Shown here piece after piece: positions 1-10,873 of a DNA stretch of 64,000 bases. The position numbers and the translations under genes were made by a program. How positions within the stretch are numbered: position 1 is the first letter of the stretch; the number at the start of each line of letters is the position of its first letter. The notes under the pieces were generated by a model. The model worked only from the letters and a program-made list of their open reading frames with translations. It was not told the origin of the DNA and ran no database searches. The stretch comes from Escherichia coli (GTDB lineage Bacteria > Pseudomonadota > Gammaproteobacteria > Enterobacterales > Enterobacteriaceae), in the NCBI RefSeq assembly GCF_001677475.2, contig NZ_CP015229.1; one strand, 5' to 3'.

Positions 1-777
1 TCGCAATAACATCCGCAGCAGGGTTGCGTCACCCTGAACGGTGATGTCGGCGGCGCTCTCTGGCAATAGCAGGGTTTGCTGGCGCTGGTCGAGCATGGTA
101 CTGAGTTCGTCATACGAGGGGAGAATGACCTCTTCCAGCAGTTTTACATGTTGATAATTACCGGAAGAAAATGACTGTCCGGCGCGCGCCAGTTGTAACA
201 GCTGGGAGACGCTCTCCATCATCTGATCAAGCCGTGCCACTAACGGTGCTACATCAATGTGATGCGTTTTCGCCAGCAGTTCCAGATGCAAACGCACCCC
301 CGCCAGTGGCGTTCGCAGTTCGTGCGCGACGTCAGCGGTAAACAACCTTTCGTTATCCAGCGTGTTGGTCAGGCGACTGACCAGATCGTTTAACGCCGAA
401 ACCACCGCTTCGATTTCGAGGGTGGCGCTGTGAATGGCAATGGGCGTTAAGTTGTCGGCGGTGCGCGCTTCCAGCTCTTTTTGCAGCTCCGCCAGCGGGC
501 GGGTGATGCGATGCACCGCCTGATAGCAGATAAATAGCGTCAGGCTGACCATAAAGACGCCGGGGACAATCAGGCTGGCGACCGCCTCGCGGATCTCGCG
601 CATAATGTGGCGATCGTTGTTGCGATTGTCGCGTAGCGCCTGCTCAAACAGCTGAATCTGCTCGGTACTTTCATGCCATAGCCAGAAGACGCTGATCAAC
701 TCAAACACCAACAAAATGGCCCCGATGGTCAATATCAGCCGTTGGCGCAGCGATATTGGTCGGCGCAGAAAACGCAT
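1..777 (-). CDS. basS: Two-component sensor histidine kinase BasS/PmrB, N-terminal 259 codons; C-terminal part lies beyond the window start
   Basis: Minus-strand translation from ATG at 777..775 gives MRFLRRPISLRQRLILTIGAILLVFEL..., recognised as BasS; reading frame runs off the window edge; sits directly downstream of basR as in the eptA-basRS operon. Confidence 0.9.
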   Translation of the reverse strand, partial: MRFLRRPISLRQRLILTIGAILLVFELISVFWLWHESTEQIQLFEQALRDNRNNDRHIMREIREAVASLIVPGVFMVSLTLFICYQAVHRITRPLAELQKELEARTADNLTPIAIHSATLEIEAVVSALNDLVSRLTNTLDNERLFTADVAHELRTPLAGVRLHLELLAKTHHIDVAPLVARLDQMMESVSQLLQLARAGQSFSSGNYQHVKLLEEVILPSYDELSTMLDQRQQTLLLPESAADITVQGDATLLRMLLR

Positions 778-786
778 CAAATTCAA

Positions 787-1455
787 TTAGTTTTCCTCTT
801 TTGCGACCAGCATATAGCCAAAGCCGCGCACGGTGCGGATACGGGCTTTGCCCACTTTGTCGCGCAGATTGTGGATATGCACTTCCAGGGTGTTAGTCGA
901 GGGTTCATTGTCCCAGTTATAGATGTCGTTGTAGAGAATTTCCCGATGCACCGGACTGCCTGCTTTGAGCATTAACCGTGACAGCAGAGCATATTCTTTG
1001 GGCGTCAGAATCAACTCTTCACCGCCCATCCATACCTGACGGCGACCCATATTCAGCGTCAGATTGCCAACAATCAGCTCACTTTCGCCCTGATTATTAT
1101 GGCGTCGTAGCAGGGCGCGGATACGGGCGTGCAACTCTTCCAGCGCGAACGGTTTTACCAGATAGTCGTCAGCCCCGACATCCAGCCCGGCGATTTTGTC
1201 TGTAAGGGTATCGCGGGCGGTGAGAATTAACACCGGCAGAGTGTATTTTTTCTGCCGGATACGGGCAAGAAAATGCAGCCCATCTTCATCGGGTAAGCCT
1301 AAATCCAGTACCACCAGGCTGTAATGACCGGCCTCAAGGCTTTGTTCCGCCATCCGCGCGGTTGTCACGCCATCGCACGCGTAGCCTTCGGTTTGCGCCG
1401 CCAGAATCAATCCCTGCAATAACAGCGTATCGTCTTCAACAATCAGAATTTTCAT
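787..1455 (-). CDS. basR: Response regulator BasR/PmrA (OmpR family), 222 aa
   Basis: ORF-track protein [16 protein letters not shown]... recognised as BasR; start overlaps eptA stop by 4 nt (ATGA). Confidence 0.95.
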   Translation of the reverse strand: MKILIVEDDTLLLQGLILAAQTEGYACDGVTTARMAEQSLEAGHYSLVVLDLGLPDEDGLHFLARIRQKKYTLPVLILTARDTLTDKIAGLDVGADDYLVKPFALEELHARIRALLRRHNNQGESELIVGNLTLNMGRRQVWMGGEELILTPKEYALLSRLMLKAGSPVHREILYNDIYNWDNEPSTNTLEVHIHNLRDKVGKARIRTVRGFGYMLVAKEEN

Positions 1456-3095
1456 TCACTCACTCTCCTGCAAGTTTGCAGAATATCATCCGCAGCCTGG
1501 TAATACTTCGTCTCAACGCCAGTTAATCCCAATAGCGTGGAGAATAAATTGTCTTGTGAATAGTGTTGCGTTTGCGCCTGTTTTTGCAGGCAGTTCTGGT
1601 CAACCTGATACCGTTTTTGATAATCCTCCGACAGCCACAGCAGCATTGGCACCTGTTTTTGGCTATCCGGGGCGATGGCATAAGGCAGACCGTGCAGATA
1701 GATGCCATTTTCACCTAACGATTCACCGTGGTCAGAAAGATAAACCAGGCTGGTGGTAAATTTATCCTGATGTTCTTTCAGCAGATTAATCGCTTTATCA
1801 ACAATATAGTCGACGTAAACCAGCGTGTTGTCGTAAGTGTTCACCAGTTGCTCTTTGGTACAGGTCTGGATCTCATTGGTGTCGCAGGTTGGGGTAAATT
1901 TCCTGAACTGCGGCGGATAGCGGTTGTAATAGGTCGGACCGTGGCTGCCGATGGTGTGTAAGACAATCACGCCATCACCCTGCAGGTTATTGATGTACTC
2001 TTCCAGCCCGTGGAACAGCACTTCGTCATAGCATTCGCCGTTGATGCACTGACCAGGCAGATTCAGCGCGGTGACGTTCTGGTGAGGCACGCGGTCGCAG
2101 GCACCTTTACAGCCACCATCGTTGTCATTCCACAGCACGTTGATGCCCGCTCGCTGAATGATATCCAGCACGCCTTCCTGGTGCTGTGCCAGCTCTTCTT
2201 TGTAATGCTCACGCGGCATATCCGAGAACATACACGGTACTGAAACTGCCGTTGCCGTGCCGCAAGATGCGGTATTAGGGAAATAGACCACGTTATCTTT
2301 CGCCAATCGCGGGTTAGTTTCACGCGGGTAGCCGTTGAGGGAGAAGTTCTCCGCCCGCGAGGTTTCGCCGACAATCAGGATGGTCAAATTTTTACGTTTT
2401 TCGTTCTGCATTAACGGGTTGCGGTGCGCGTCTTCACCAATTCGCACCAGCGGCAGATTTGCCAGTCGCTGATGGGAGTACCATGACCAGCTGGCAACAA
2501 TGCTGTTAGAGGGGCTTAAGGACTTCACCAGCTCTTTGTTGTTGCGGAACAACGAGGCGTAGTCTTTATAAAACAGTGCGGCGACCAGCAAAATCAGCAG
2601 TACAGAAACCAGAATATTGGCTCCACGGAAAAGAACACTGCGCAGACGCGAGGTGGCAGGTTTGATTTTTATCCAGCAGGCAATCAGCGCAGCAAGCACG
2701 CCGCTGAATCCCAGCGTTAATAACATTTGCGGTGTCATCAGCGCATAACTTTCTGCCGGAGTGGTATCAATAATATTGGCAATCATCGAGCGGTCGATGA
2801 CGATGCCGTAAGTCATTATGAAATATTGTGCAGCCGCGCCAACCAGAATAAACAGGCAGGCCAGCGGTCGATTAAGCCATAAGAAAGAGCTTAGTGTCAG
2901 GACAATATTAATCACGCTGAAGGCGACGACCGGCATCGACAAGAAAACCAGTACGTTATGCAGCGAGTCCAGCGGCAGCGCCTGCAACACCTGTTTAAAA
3001 AAGGCAATATTCAGGCAGATAGAGATATAAAAAGCGGCCAACAATAGCCAGGCGAGTAAATTCAAAGAGGGTCTTTTTAGTAGGCGCTTCAACAT
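1452..3095 (-). CDS. eptA: Lipid A phosphoethanolamine transferase EptA/PmrC, 547 aa
   Basis: ORF 1452..3140 recognised as EptA; the recognised N-terminus [14 protein letters not shown] begins at the internal ATG 3095..3093, so the track ORF is 15 codons over-extended. Confidence 0.9.
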   Translation of the reverse strand: MLKRLLKRPSLNLLAWLLLAAFYISICLNIAFFKQVLQALPLDSLHNVLVFLSMPVVAFSVINIVLTLSSFLWLNRPLACLFILVGAAAQYFIMTYGIVIDRSMIANIIDTTPAESYALMTPQMLLTLGFSGVLAALIACWIKIKPATSRLRSVLFRGANILVSVLLILLVAALFYKDYASLFRNNKELVKSLSPSNSIVASWSWYSHQRLANLPLVRIGEDAHRNPLMQNEKRKNLTILIVGETSRAENFSLNGYPRETNPRLAKDNVVYFPNTASCGTATAVSVPCMFSDMPREHYKEELAQHQEGVLDIIQRAGINVLWNDNDGGCKGACDRVPHQNVTALNLPGQCINGECYDEVLFHGLEEYINNLQGDGVIVLHTIGSHGPTYYNRYPPQFRKFTPTCDTNEIQTCTKEQLVNTYDNTLVYVDYIVDKAINLLKEHQDKFTTSLVYLSDHGESLGENGIYLHGLPYAIAPDSQKQVPMLLWLSEDYQKRYQVDQNCLQKQAQTQHYSQDNLFSTLLGLTGVETKYYQAADDILQTCRRVSE

Positions 3096-3141
3096 CACGG
3101 TGTTTCCATCGAACAAAGTGCGCATATGCTCGCAAAGCAAA

Positions 3142-3158
3142 ATTAAGCCAACCTTAAG
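3142..3158 (-). promoter_or_regulatory. Putative BasR/PmrA box (CTTAAG-N5-CTTAAT on the minus strand) upstream of eptA, embedded in a 14-bp-arm perfect palindrome (3145..3174)
   Basis: Reverse complement of 3142..3158 reads CTTAAGGTTGGCTTAAT, matching the PmrA direct-repeat consensus YTTAAK-N5-YTTAAK; lies about 47 bp upstream of the eptA ATG. Confidence 0.5.
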
Positions 3159-3198
3159 TTCTTAAGGTTGGCTTTTATGTGTGCTGGATTAAGGGGAA

Positions 3199-4536
3199 TT
3201 AATCTTTGCTTATTGGTGCATCTAAGGGATACGGGTTTTTATGCAGCCTGTTGTAATTCAGCGCATACATGGCGGTGATGACCATCAGGGTGACAAATGA
3301 CCACATAACCTCTTTCGCCCCGGACCCCACAACGGCCCAAATGCAGTAGAGGAAGGCAATGGTAGTAACAGCCAGATATGCCGGGCGTGCTTTACCAAAG
3401 TGACCGTGGCCGAGCAGCAGTAACGCCGCACAGGTGTAAAGATATGGCACCAGTGTAAAGATGACCGAGACGGAAGAAACCAGACCGAACTCTTTGGTCG
3501 CGTTTGGTGAAATGCTGCTGAGCTGGAAGATGGTCATCAAAATACCGACGATAATCAGCCCCGCCACTGGCGTACCCGCTTTATTTACACGGGCAAAAAT
3601 CGGTGGGAACAGTCCGTCATCGGCAGCGGCTTTCGCCGTTTGACCCGCCAGCAATGTCCAGCCGCCCAGTGAACCTAAGCAACCCGCAGCTGCGCAGAAG
3701 GAAACAATGGCCCCGGCGGTGTCACCCAACGCCATCCGTGCGGCATCACCGAATGGCGAGGCAGAAACGCGCAGTGCGGCATTAGGGATCATCCCCATAA
3801 TCGCGGTGGTGGAGAGTACATAGCAAACGGCGGCAATCAATACCCCACCAATGGTGGCGATAGGGACATTGCGTTTCGGGTTTTTCACCACACCTGCGGC
3901 AACGGAGGCACTTTCCACACCGATGAACGACCACAGCGTAACGTTAAGGGTACTTTGAATTGCACCGAAGGTGCCCAGGCCGCTGACGTTCCATGCCGCC
4001 ATATAGGTTTCACCACGGAACCAGAACCAGCCAAATACGGCAATCCCGACGATGGGGATCAGCGCCAGCACGGTGGCAACGGCCTGCACGCGGGTGATCA
4101 TTTTCGGACCGACAATGTTCAGCAGGACGAAGATCCACAGCACCACGACGCAGGTGATGGTTAATACCAGTGGATCTTTCAGAATCGGGAAGAAGTAACT
4201 TAAATATCCTACGCCAATGACCACCATGGCGATATTGCCGATCCAGCAGGCCAGCCAGTAGAGGACGTTGGTTTGATAACCGAGAAACGGGCCAAAGCAG
4301 CGGCGGGCGTAAGCGTAAGAACCACCAGGACTTGGGTCGAGGAACGACATTTTGGCGTATACCATCGAGAGCCCCAGCGCACCGATAATCGTCACCAACC
4401 ATCCATAAATGGCAATCCCGCCAGTGGAGGCCAGGTTTGCAGGTAACAGAAAAACACCTGACCCCATAATATTCCCCGACACCATCAGGGTGACGGGGAT
4501 TAAGCCCACTTTGTGAGCATCAGCATCCGAAGACAT
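3199..4536 (-). CDS. adiC: Arginine:agmatine antiporter AdiC, 445 aa
   Basis: Protein [36 protein letters not shown]... recognised as AdiC (APC family). Confidence 0.95.
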
Positions 4537-4672
4537 AATTAAACTCCTGCGAAGGCGAGCTTCGTGACAATAAATTACGTCATATCATACGCCTGCATTC
4601 GATAGTTGAATTATTATCGACCGGGTTATCGCTGATGCCGTTATTAATATAGCTCTTCGTTAAGGTTAAAAA

Positions 4673-5434
4673 TCAGGCGACAGTGCGTTCTCTGTGCTGA
4701 CTAACATAATGCAGCGGCGTCATACCGTAGAAGTCTTTAAAGACAGAAATAAAGTACGACGTACTGTTGTAGCCGCAGGACTGTGATACCTGAGAGATAT
4801 TTTTACCGTCCATCATTAATTCATTTACGGCATAACGCATGCGGCAGGTGGTGATTATTTGGCTATAACTGGTGTTTTCGCTTTTCAGCTTTTTCTTTAA
4901 CAGACTCGGGCTAAGACATAAACAACTGGCTACCATACTAAGATTCCAGTCTTTGTGGATATCGCTTTCAATAATTTGATAAACGCTGTCACTTACACAA
5001 TTACGTAACATATACATCATTAATGAAAGGAATTTTTTACTGTCGAGAAAACGGGATAGCACAGTGAATAATAATGCGCGTGTTCGTTCCTTTTCTGACT
5101 CAGTTTCAGCGGGCATCATGCTGTGTTGCGCGGCAACGCGAAAGACGTCTGGCGTCAGGCATGGCAGGGTGAGGATGGGCGTAGCACTACGTTGCCATAC
5201 TGGTATTTGCGAGAGATCTTTATTCAGAAACCGGAGGTAATCTTTGATGATGTCGTGACTAATATGAGCAACCAAAGTGTTATTAAGAGAGGAGACGTCG
5301 ATAATATTATTTTCACAATTTAATAACGCCATATGGTTAGCTTTAAGGCTAATAGGTTCTTTCCCATTCACCCTTATCCAGACATCTTTTTCAGTCAATA
5401 AAACAATACAAGGTTGGTCGCTGCAAATCCTCAT
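4673..5434 (-). CDS. adiY: AraC-family regulator AdiY, 253 aa
   Basis: Protein recognised as AdiY; C-terminal AraC-type HTH region; lies between adiA and adiC. Confidence 0.92.
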   Translation of the reverse strand: MRICSDQPCIVLLTEKDVWIRVNGKEPISLKANHMALLNCENNIIDVSSLNNTLVAHISHDIIKDYLRFLNKDLSQIPVWQRSATPILTLPCLTPDVFRVAAQHSMMPAETESEKERTRALLFTVLSRFLDSKKFLSLMMYMLRNCVSDSVYQIIESDIHKDWNLSMVASCLCLSPSLLKKKLKSENTSYSQIITTCRMRYAVNELMMDGKNISQVSQSCGYNSTSYFISVFKDFYGMTPLHYVSQHRERTVA

Positions 5435-5612
5435 ACATGTACTCCTGAGTGCGAATAAAAGACCAGTTCTCGCTAAAGCAAAGCGATACCGGGAAATGGT
5501 TATATAATTGTATGATGAATATAAACATGCATAAAAATAACGAGTTTTACTAATATTACAAATTTTTATAGTAATTTCTCATGTACATATTTTTTTACAG
5601 GGTAAATAACAG

Positions 5613-5641
5613 GCAAAAAAAAGCGCGGGGTGGGGCCGCGC
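5613..5641 (-). terminator. Putative rho-independent terminator downstream of adiA
   Basis: GC-rich hairpin GCGCGG..CCGCGC at 5623..5641, followed on the minus strand by a run of eight T (plus-strand A-run 5615..5622). Confidence 0.6.
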
Positions 5642-5758
5642 AAAAAGTATGACATTTTTGTTTGCAGCAATTTTTATGAAAACGTTGCCATACTCAAAAG
5701 GCCTAAGGCCAGGCGGCGTAATGTTATTTAAACAATTACGCCTTCAGCGGAATAGTGG

Positions 5759-8029
5759 TTACGCTTTCACACACATAACGTGGTAAATACCGTCAATAAT
5801 TTCAGTCCCTTCAGTTTCGTGTTCAAATCCAGGGAAATGATGATCCCAGGATTGCAGCGAGCGTAAATAACTTACTTGCGGACTGTTTTTATCGCCGAAG
5901 TTTTCACCAGACAGCAGCATCGGGATTCCTGGCGGATACGGGATAACTGAGTTTGCCGCAATGCGTCCTGGCAGATTTTCAATGGATACCAGTTCGACAT
6001 TGTTGTCGACAATTGCGTTGTACGCTTCTCGCGGGGTGATTTCCGCCACCGGCAGGCCGGAATAGGCTTCGTTCAACCGTGCGCCAGGGTTGTTTTCTTT
6101 CAGCCAGGCAAACATGGTGTCACCCAGATCGTGAATCCCCATGTTCGCGTAAGTGTCAGGATATTGTTCAACAAGTTCCGGCATCACCTGCGCCAGCGGT
6201 GTGTTGGCGTCATAGTGGCGTTTGAAGGAGCAAAGGGTGTTAACCAGAGTCCCCCATTTCCCACGGGTTACGCCCATAGAGAACAGGAACATAATTTGGA
6301 AGTCAGTGGTGCGGGTAGGCACAATGCCGTGGCGACCAAGCCAGGCAGTGACCAGCGCCGCCGGAACACCGGTTTCTTCCAGTTCACCATCTTCACCCAT
6401 TCCCGGAGCAAGGATGCTGACTTTAATTGGGTCGAGCATACTCCAGTTATCCGGAATATCTTTGAAGCCGTGCCAGCTTTCGCCCGGATGCATTACCCAG
6501 CAGTCCTGAACGGTGGTCAGCAGTTTGGTTGGTGCGTCAGCAAAGTCATAGGTTTTGCCGGTTTGTGGGTCGGTGACGACTTCTTTGTTCCACGGTTTGA
6601 AGAACCAGCTACCGTCAGCGGTGAACTCTTTATACAGCCGCGCCATCGCCTGACGGAAATCAACCGCTTCGTCGATCACTTCCTGCGTCAGTGACAGGCC
6701 GCTGTTGCCGTCCATCATCGACACCGCCACGTCGTTGGATGCGCAGATGGCATACAGCGGGGAGGTGGTGGCATGCATCATGTAGGCCTGGTTGAAGCGG
6801 GAGAAGTTAATCGCCCCACGACCTTCACGTACATGAATATAAGAAGCCTGTGAAAGCGCATTCAGCAGTTTGTGGGTGGAATGGGTGGCGAAAACAGTAG
6901 GACCGTTGTGATCGCCAGGTTCGCCGCGCATGGCATAGTGATCGGCATAGATCGGGTTGAAACGTGCATAGCCGTACCAGGCTTCGTCAAAGTGCAGACG
7001 ATCGGAGGTTTTTTCCAGCAGATCCTGCGCTTCTTTAGCGTTATAACACACGCCGTCATAGGTGCAGTTGGTCACCACGCAGTAAGACGGTTTTTGCCCG
7101 GCTTTGTCTTTGGTCAGCGGGCTTTCACTGATTTTCTTCTGCAAGGTTTCAGGTTGCATTTCTTGCGGATAGATTGGCCCGATAATGCCGTAGCGGTTGC
7201 GGCTTGGCACCATGTAGACCGGTTTCGCGCCTGTCAGCATCAAGCCTTGTTCGATGGATTTATGGCAGTTACGGTCAACGACCACGACATCGTTATCGGT
7301 CATGCAAGCCTGCATGATGGTGCGGTTAGAGCCGGAAGTACCGACGACTACCGACCAGGAGCGATCGGCACCAAATACGCGTGCGGCATATTTTTCGCTT
7401 TCGCCAAATGCGCCAGTATGGTCAAGCAAAGAACCGAGGGAAGTTCGTTCGATGCCCATGTCGGTGCGGAACAGGTTTTCACCATAGTAGTCATGGTAGA
7501 AACGTCCGGCGGGTGTTTTGGTAAAACCAACGCCACCCTGGTGGCCTGGCGCTGCCCAGGAATATTCATGGATGTCGCTATATTTCATCAGCGCGCTGAA
7601 CAGTGGCGGCAACAGTTGCTGGCGGTAGCGGGTCATCGCGGCAACGGCGCGTCCGGCGATAAAGTCGGCGGTATCTTCCAGAATCCAGGCGAATTCATCG
7701 ACAAGCTCCAGCAGATCCCGGTCCATTGCGGCGAGGGCTTTTTCCCGATCGCCCAACAGGAAGACCGGCACGTTTTGTTGGCGCTCATGAAGCTTACCGA
7801 TCAATTGTCTGACGTTTTGATGTTCGTCCGGATGTTCCATTTGATAGCTGAACATCAGGCAGTCAATGGCTTCGTTTGAAGAGAGAATGGCAAAACCATC
7901 ATCAAAGGAGGTGGATTTAATCACGGTAACATTTTGCTGGCTTAAAGCATCTGCCAGACGCTCAACGGCGTTACCGACCCAGGTGTCTTGATGGAGAAAC
8001 TCGCTTTCAACAATTAATACTTTCATCAT
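5759..8029 (-). CDS. adiA: Biodegradative (acid-inducible) arginine decarboxylase AdiA
   Basis: Protein MMKVLIVESEFLHQDTWVGNAVERLADALS... recognised as AdiA; true start is either of the two adjacent ATG codons. Confidence 0.95.
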   Translation of the reverse strand: MMKVLIVESEFLHQDTWVGNAVERLADALSQQNVTVIKSTSFDDGFAILSSNEAIDCLMFSYQMEHPDEHQNVRQLIGKLHERQQNVPVFLLGDREKALAAMDRDLLELVDEFAWILEDTADFIAGRAVAAMTRYRQQLLPPLFSALMKYSDIHEYSWAAPGHQGGVGFTKTPAGRFYHDYYGENLFRTDMGIERTSLGSLLDHTGAFGESEKYAARVFGADRSWSVVVGTSGSNRTIMQACMTDNDVVVVDRNCHKSIEQGLMLTGAKPVYMVPSRNRYGIIGPIYPQEMQPETLQKKISESPLTKDKAGQKPSYCVVTNCTYDGVCYNAKEAQDLLEKTSDRLHFDEAWYGYARFNPIYADHYAMRGEPGDHNGPTVFATHSTHKLLNALSQASYIHVREGRGAINFSRFNQAYMMHATTSPLYAICASNDVAVSMMDGNSGLSLTQEVIDEAVDFRQAMARLYKEFTADGSWFFKPWNKEVVTDPQTGKTYDFADAPTKLLTTVQDCWVMHPGESWHGFKDIPDNWSMLDPIKVSILAPGMGEDGELEETGVPAALVTAWLGRHGIVPTRTTDFQIMFLFSMGVTRGKWGTLVNTLCSFKRHYDANTPLAQVMPELVEQYPDTYANMGIHDLGDTMFAWLKENNPGARLNEAYSGLPVAEITPREAYNAIVDNNVELVSIENLPGRIAANSVIPYPPGIPMLLSGENFGDKNSPQVSYLRSLQSWDHHFPGFEHETEGTEIIDGIYHVMCVKA

Positions 8030-8224
8030 TGCTTACCCGGTTATGAAGGAATCTTCGTTGCGGGCAAGTATCTTCCGGCCTTTTCGGGCTGTAAAGCGCG
8101 TGAAAAATAAACATTTTTGAAATATTTGTTTTTATAAACAATATGTTATGTGATTATTTTAAATTATTTTCACTGCTTATTATCGACGGCTAAACTATTT
8201 TTTTGGCTGATACTGATATCGTCT

Positions 8225-9133
8225 TTAGCCGGGAAACGTCTGGCGGCGCTGTTGGCTAAGTTTGCGGTATTGTTGCGGTGACATGCCGACATATTTGCCG
8301 AACGTGCTGTAAAAACGGCTACTCGAACGAAAGCCTGCCGTCAGGGCAATATCGAGAATACTTTTATCGGTATCGCTCAGTAACGCGCGAACGTGGTTGA
8401 TGCGCATCGCGGTTATGTACTGTTTCATCGTCAATTGCATGACCCGCTGGAATATCCCCATTGCATAGTTGGCGTTAAGTTTGACGTGCTCAGCCACATC
8501 GTTGATGGTCAGCGCCTGATCATAGTTTTCGGCAATAAAGCCCAGCATCTGGCTAACATAAAATTGCGCATGGCGCGAGACGCTGTTTTTATGTGTGCGC
8601 GAGGTTTTATTGACCAGAATCGGTTCCCAGCCAGAGAGGCTAAATCGCTTGAGCATCAGGCCAATTTCATCAATGGCGAGCTGGCGAATTTGCTCGTTCG
8701 GACTGTTCAATTCCTGCTGCCAGCGGCGCACTTCAAACGGACTAAGTTGCTGTGTCGCCAGTGATTTGATCACCATACCGTGAGTGACGTGGTTAATCAG
8801 GTCTTTATCCAGCGGCCAGGAGAGAAACAGATGCATCGGCAGATTAAAAATCGCCATGCTCTGACAGGTTCCGGTATCTGTTAGTTGGTGCGGTGTACAG
8901 GCCCAGAACAGCGTGATATGACCCTGATTGATATTCACTTTTTCATTGTTGATCAGATATTCCACATCGCCATCGAAAGGCACATTCACTTCGACCTGAC
9001 CATGCCAGTGGCTGGTGGGCATGATATGCGGTGCGCGAAACTCAATCTCCATCCGCTGGTATTCCGAATACAGCGACAGCGGGCTGCGGGTCTGTTTTTC
9101 GTCACTGCTGCACATAAACGTATCTGTATTCAT
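8225..9133 (-). CDS. melR: AraC-family melibiose operon activator MelR, 302 aa
   Basis: Protein recognised as MelR; divergent from melAB. Confidence 0.95.
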   Translation of the reverse strand: MNTDTFMCSSDEKQTRSPLSLYSEYQRMEIEFRAPHIMPTSHWHGQVEVNVPFDGDVEYLINNEKVNINQGHITLFWACTPHQLTDTGTCQSMAIFNLPMHLFLSWPLDKDLINHVTHGMVIKSLATQQLSPFEVRRWQQELNSPNEQIRQLAIDEIGLMLKRFSLSGWEPILVNKTSRTHKNSVSRHAQFYVSQMLGFIAENYDQALTINDVAEHVKLNANYAMGIFQRVMQLTMKQYITAMRINHVRALLSDTDKSILDIALTAGFRSSSRFYSTFGKYVGMSPQQYRKLSQQRRQTFPG

Positions 9134-9282
9134 GGAGGACTCTCTTTCCTAGAATATCAGAATTATGGCAGGAGTGAGGGAGGATGACTGCGAGTGGGAG
9201 CACGGTTTTCACCCTCTTTTCAGAGAGGCGAGGGGACTGTCCGAGCATCATGAGGCCGAAAACTCTGCTTTTCAGGTAATTT

Positions 9283-9338
9283 ATTCCCATAAACTCAGAT
9301 TTACTGCTGCTTCACGCAGGATCTGAGTTTATGGGAAT
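9283..9338 (+). promoter_or_regulatory. melAB promoter core: two 18-bp MelR target sites as a perfect inverted repeat (9283..9300 and 9321..9338) flanking a 20-bp spacer with a weak CRP-like half-site
   Basis: ATTCCCATAAACTCAGAT and its exact reverse complement ATCTGAGTTTATGGGAAT separated by 20 bp; the 38-bp centre-to-centre spacing and the distance to melA fit the described MelR site 1/site 2 arrangement at -100.5 and -62.5. Confidence 0.7.
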
Positions 9339-9415
9339 GCTCAACCTGGAAGCCGGAGGTTTTCTGCAGATTCGCCTGCCATGATGAAGTTATTCAAGCA
9401 AGCCAGGAGATCTGC

Positions 9416-10771
9416 ATGATGTCTGCACCCAAAATTACATTTATCGGCGCTGGTTCGACGATTTTCGTTAAAAATATTCTTGGTGATGTGTTCCATCGCG
9501 AGGCGCTGAAAACGGCGCATATTGCCCTGATGGACATTGACCCCACCCGCCTGGAAGAGTCGCATATTGTGGTGCGTAAGCTGATGGATTCAGCAGGGGC
9601 CAGCGGCAAAATCACCTGCCACACCCAACAGAAAGAAGCCTTACAGGATGCCGATTTTGTCGTGGTGGCATTTCAGATTGGCGGTTATGAACCTTGCACG
9701 GTGACTGATTTCGAGGTCTGTAAGCGGCATGGTCTGGAACAAACCATTGCCGATACGTTGGGGCCGGGCGGTATTATGCGCGCGCTACGTACCATTCCGC
9801 ATCTGTGGCAAATTTGCGAGGACATGACGGAAGTCTGCCCCGATGCCACCATGCTCAACTACGTTAACCCAATGGCGATGAATACCTGGGCGATGTATGC
9901 CCGCTATCCGCATATCAAACAGGTCGGGCTGTGCCATTCGGTGCAGGGAACGGCGGAAGAGCTGGCGCGTGATCTCAATATCGACCCGGCTACGCTGCGT
10001 TACCGTTGCGCAGGTATCAACCATATGGCGTTTTACCTGGAACTGGAGCGTAAAACCGCCGACGGCAGTTACGTGAATCTCTACCCGGAACTGCTGGCGG
10101 CTTATGAAGCAGGGCAGGCACCGAAGCCGAATATTCATGGCAATACTCGCTGCCAGAATATTGTGCGCTACGAAATGTTCAAAAAGCTGGGCTACTTCGT
10201 CACGGAATCGTCAGAACATTTTGCTGAGTACACGCCGTGGTTTATTAAGCCAGGTCGTGAGGATTTGATTGAGCGTTATAAAGTACCGCTGGATGAGTAC
10301 CCGAAACGCTGCGTCGAGCAGCTGGCGAACTGGCATAAAGAGCTGGAGGAGTATAAGAACGCCTCCCGGATTGATATTAAACCGTCACGGGAATATGCCA
10401 GCACAATCATGAACGCTATCTGGACTGGCGAGCCGAGTGTGATTTACGGCAACGTCCGTAACGATGGTTTGATTGATAACCTGCCACAAGGATGTTGCGT
10501 GGAAGTAGCCTGTCTGGTTGATGCTAATGGCATTCAGCCGACCAAAGTCGGTACGCTACCTTCGCATCTGGCCGCTCTGATGCAAACCAACATCAACGTA
10601 CAGACGCTGCTGACCGAAGCCATTCTTACGGAAAATCGCGACCGTGTTTACCACGCCGCAATGATGGACCCGCATACTGCCGCCGTGCTGGGCATTGACG
10701 AAATATATGCTCTTGTTGACGACCTGATTGCCGCCCACGGCGACTGGCTGCCAGGCTGGTTGCACCGTTAA
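9416..10771 (+). CDS. melA: Alpha-galactosidase MelA (NAD/Mn-dependent), 451 aa
   Basis: Protein MMSAPKITFIGAGSTIFVKNILGDV... recognised as MelA. Confidence 0.95.
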   Translation: MMSAPKITFIGAGSTIFVKNILGDVFHREALKTAHIALMDIDPTRLEESHIVVRKLMDSAGASGKITCHTQQKEALQDADFVVVAFQIGGYEPCTVTDFEVCKRHGLEQTIADTLGPGGIMRALRTIPHLWQICEDMTEVCPDATMLNYVNPMAMNTWAMYARYPHIKQVGLCHSVQGTAEELARDLNIDPATLRYRCAGINHMAFYLELERKTADGSYVNLYPELLAAYEAGQAPKPNIHGNTRCQNIVRYEMFKKLGYFVTESSEHFAEYTPWFIKPGREDLIERYKVPLDEYPKRCVEQLANWHKELEEYKNASRIDIKPSREYASTIMNAIWTGEPSVIYGNVRNDGLIDNLPQGCCVEVACLVDANGIQPTKVGTLPSHLAALMQTNINVQTLLTEAILTENRDRVYHAAMMDPHTAAVLGIDEIYALVDDLIAAHGDWLPGWLHR

Positions 10772-10873
10772 AACGCGACTAAACGCTACTGCGCCGGGGG
10801 ATTTATTCCGGCGCACACCTCTGACGATACCAATAACAGAAGGCGGGCGTTGGTAACAACGACCCGATACCCT

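Noticed and set aside
6872-7879. Long antisense ORFs inside recognised genes, e.g. 6872..7879 (+) within adiA, 24041..25105 (+) within cadA, 34379..35830 (+) opposite aspA, 38447..39733 (-) opposite groEL, 47859..48860 (+) opposite frdA, 55928..56953 (+) opposite mscM/psd, 57276..58217 (+) opposite rsgA
   Set aside because: Each lies entirely within, and opposite to, a gene whose product I recognise with high confidence. The translations are low-complexity or rich in Arg/His/Val as expected for shadow frames of GC-rich coding DNA. No start context or independent evidence supports them.
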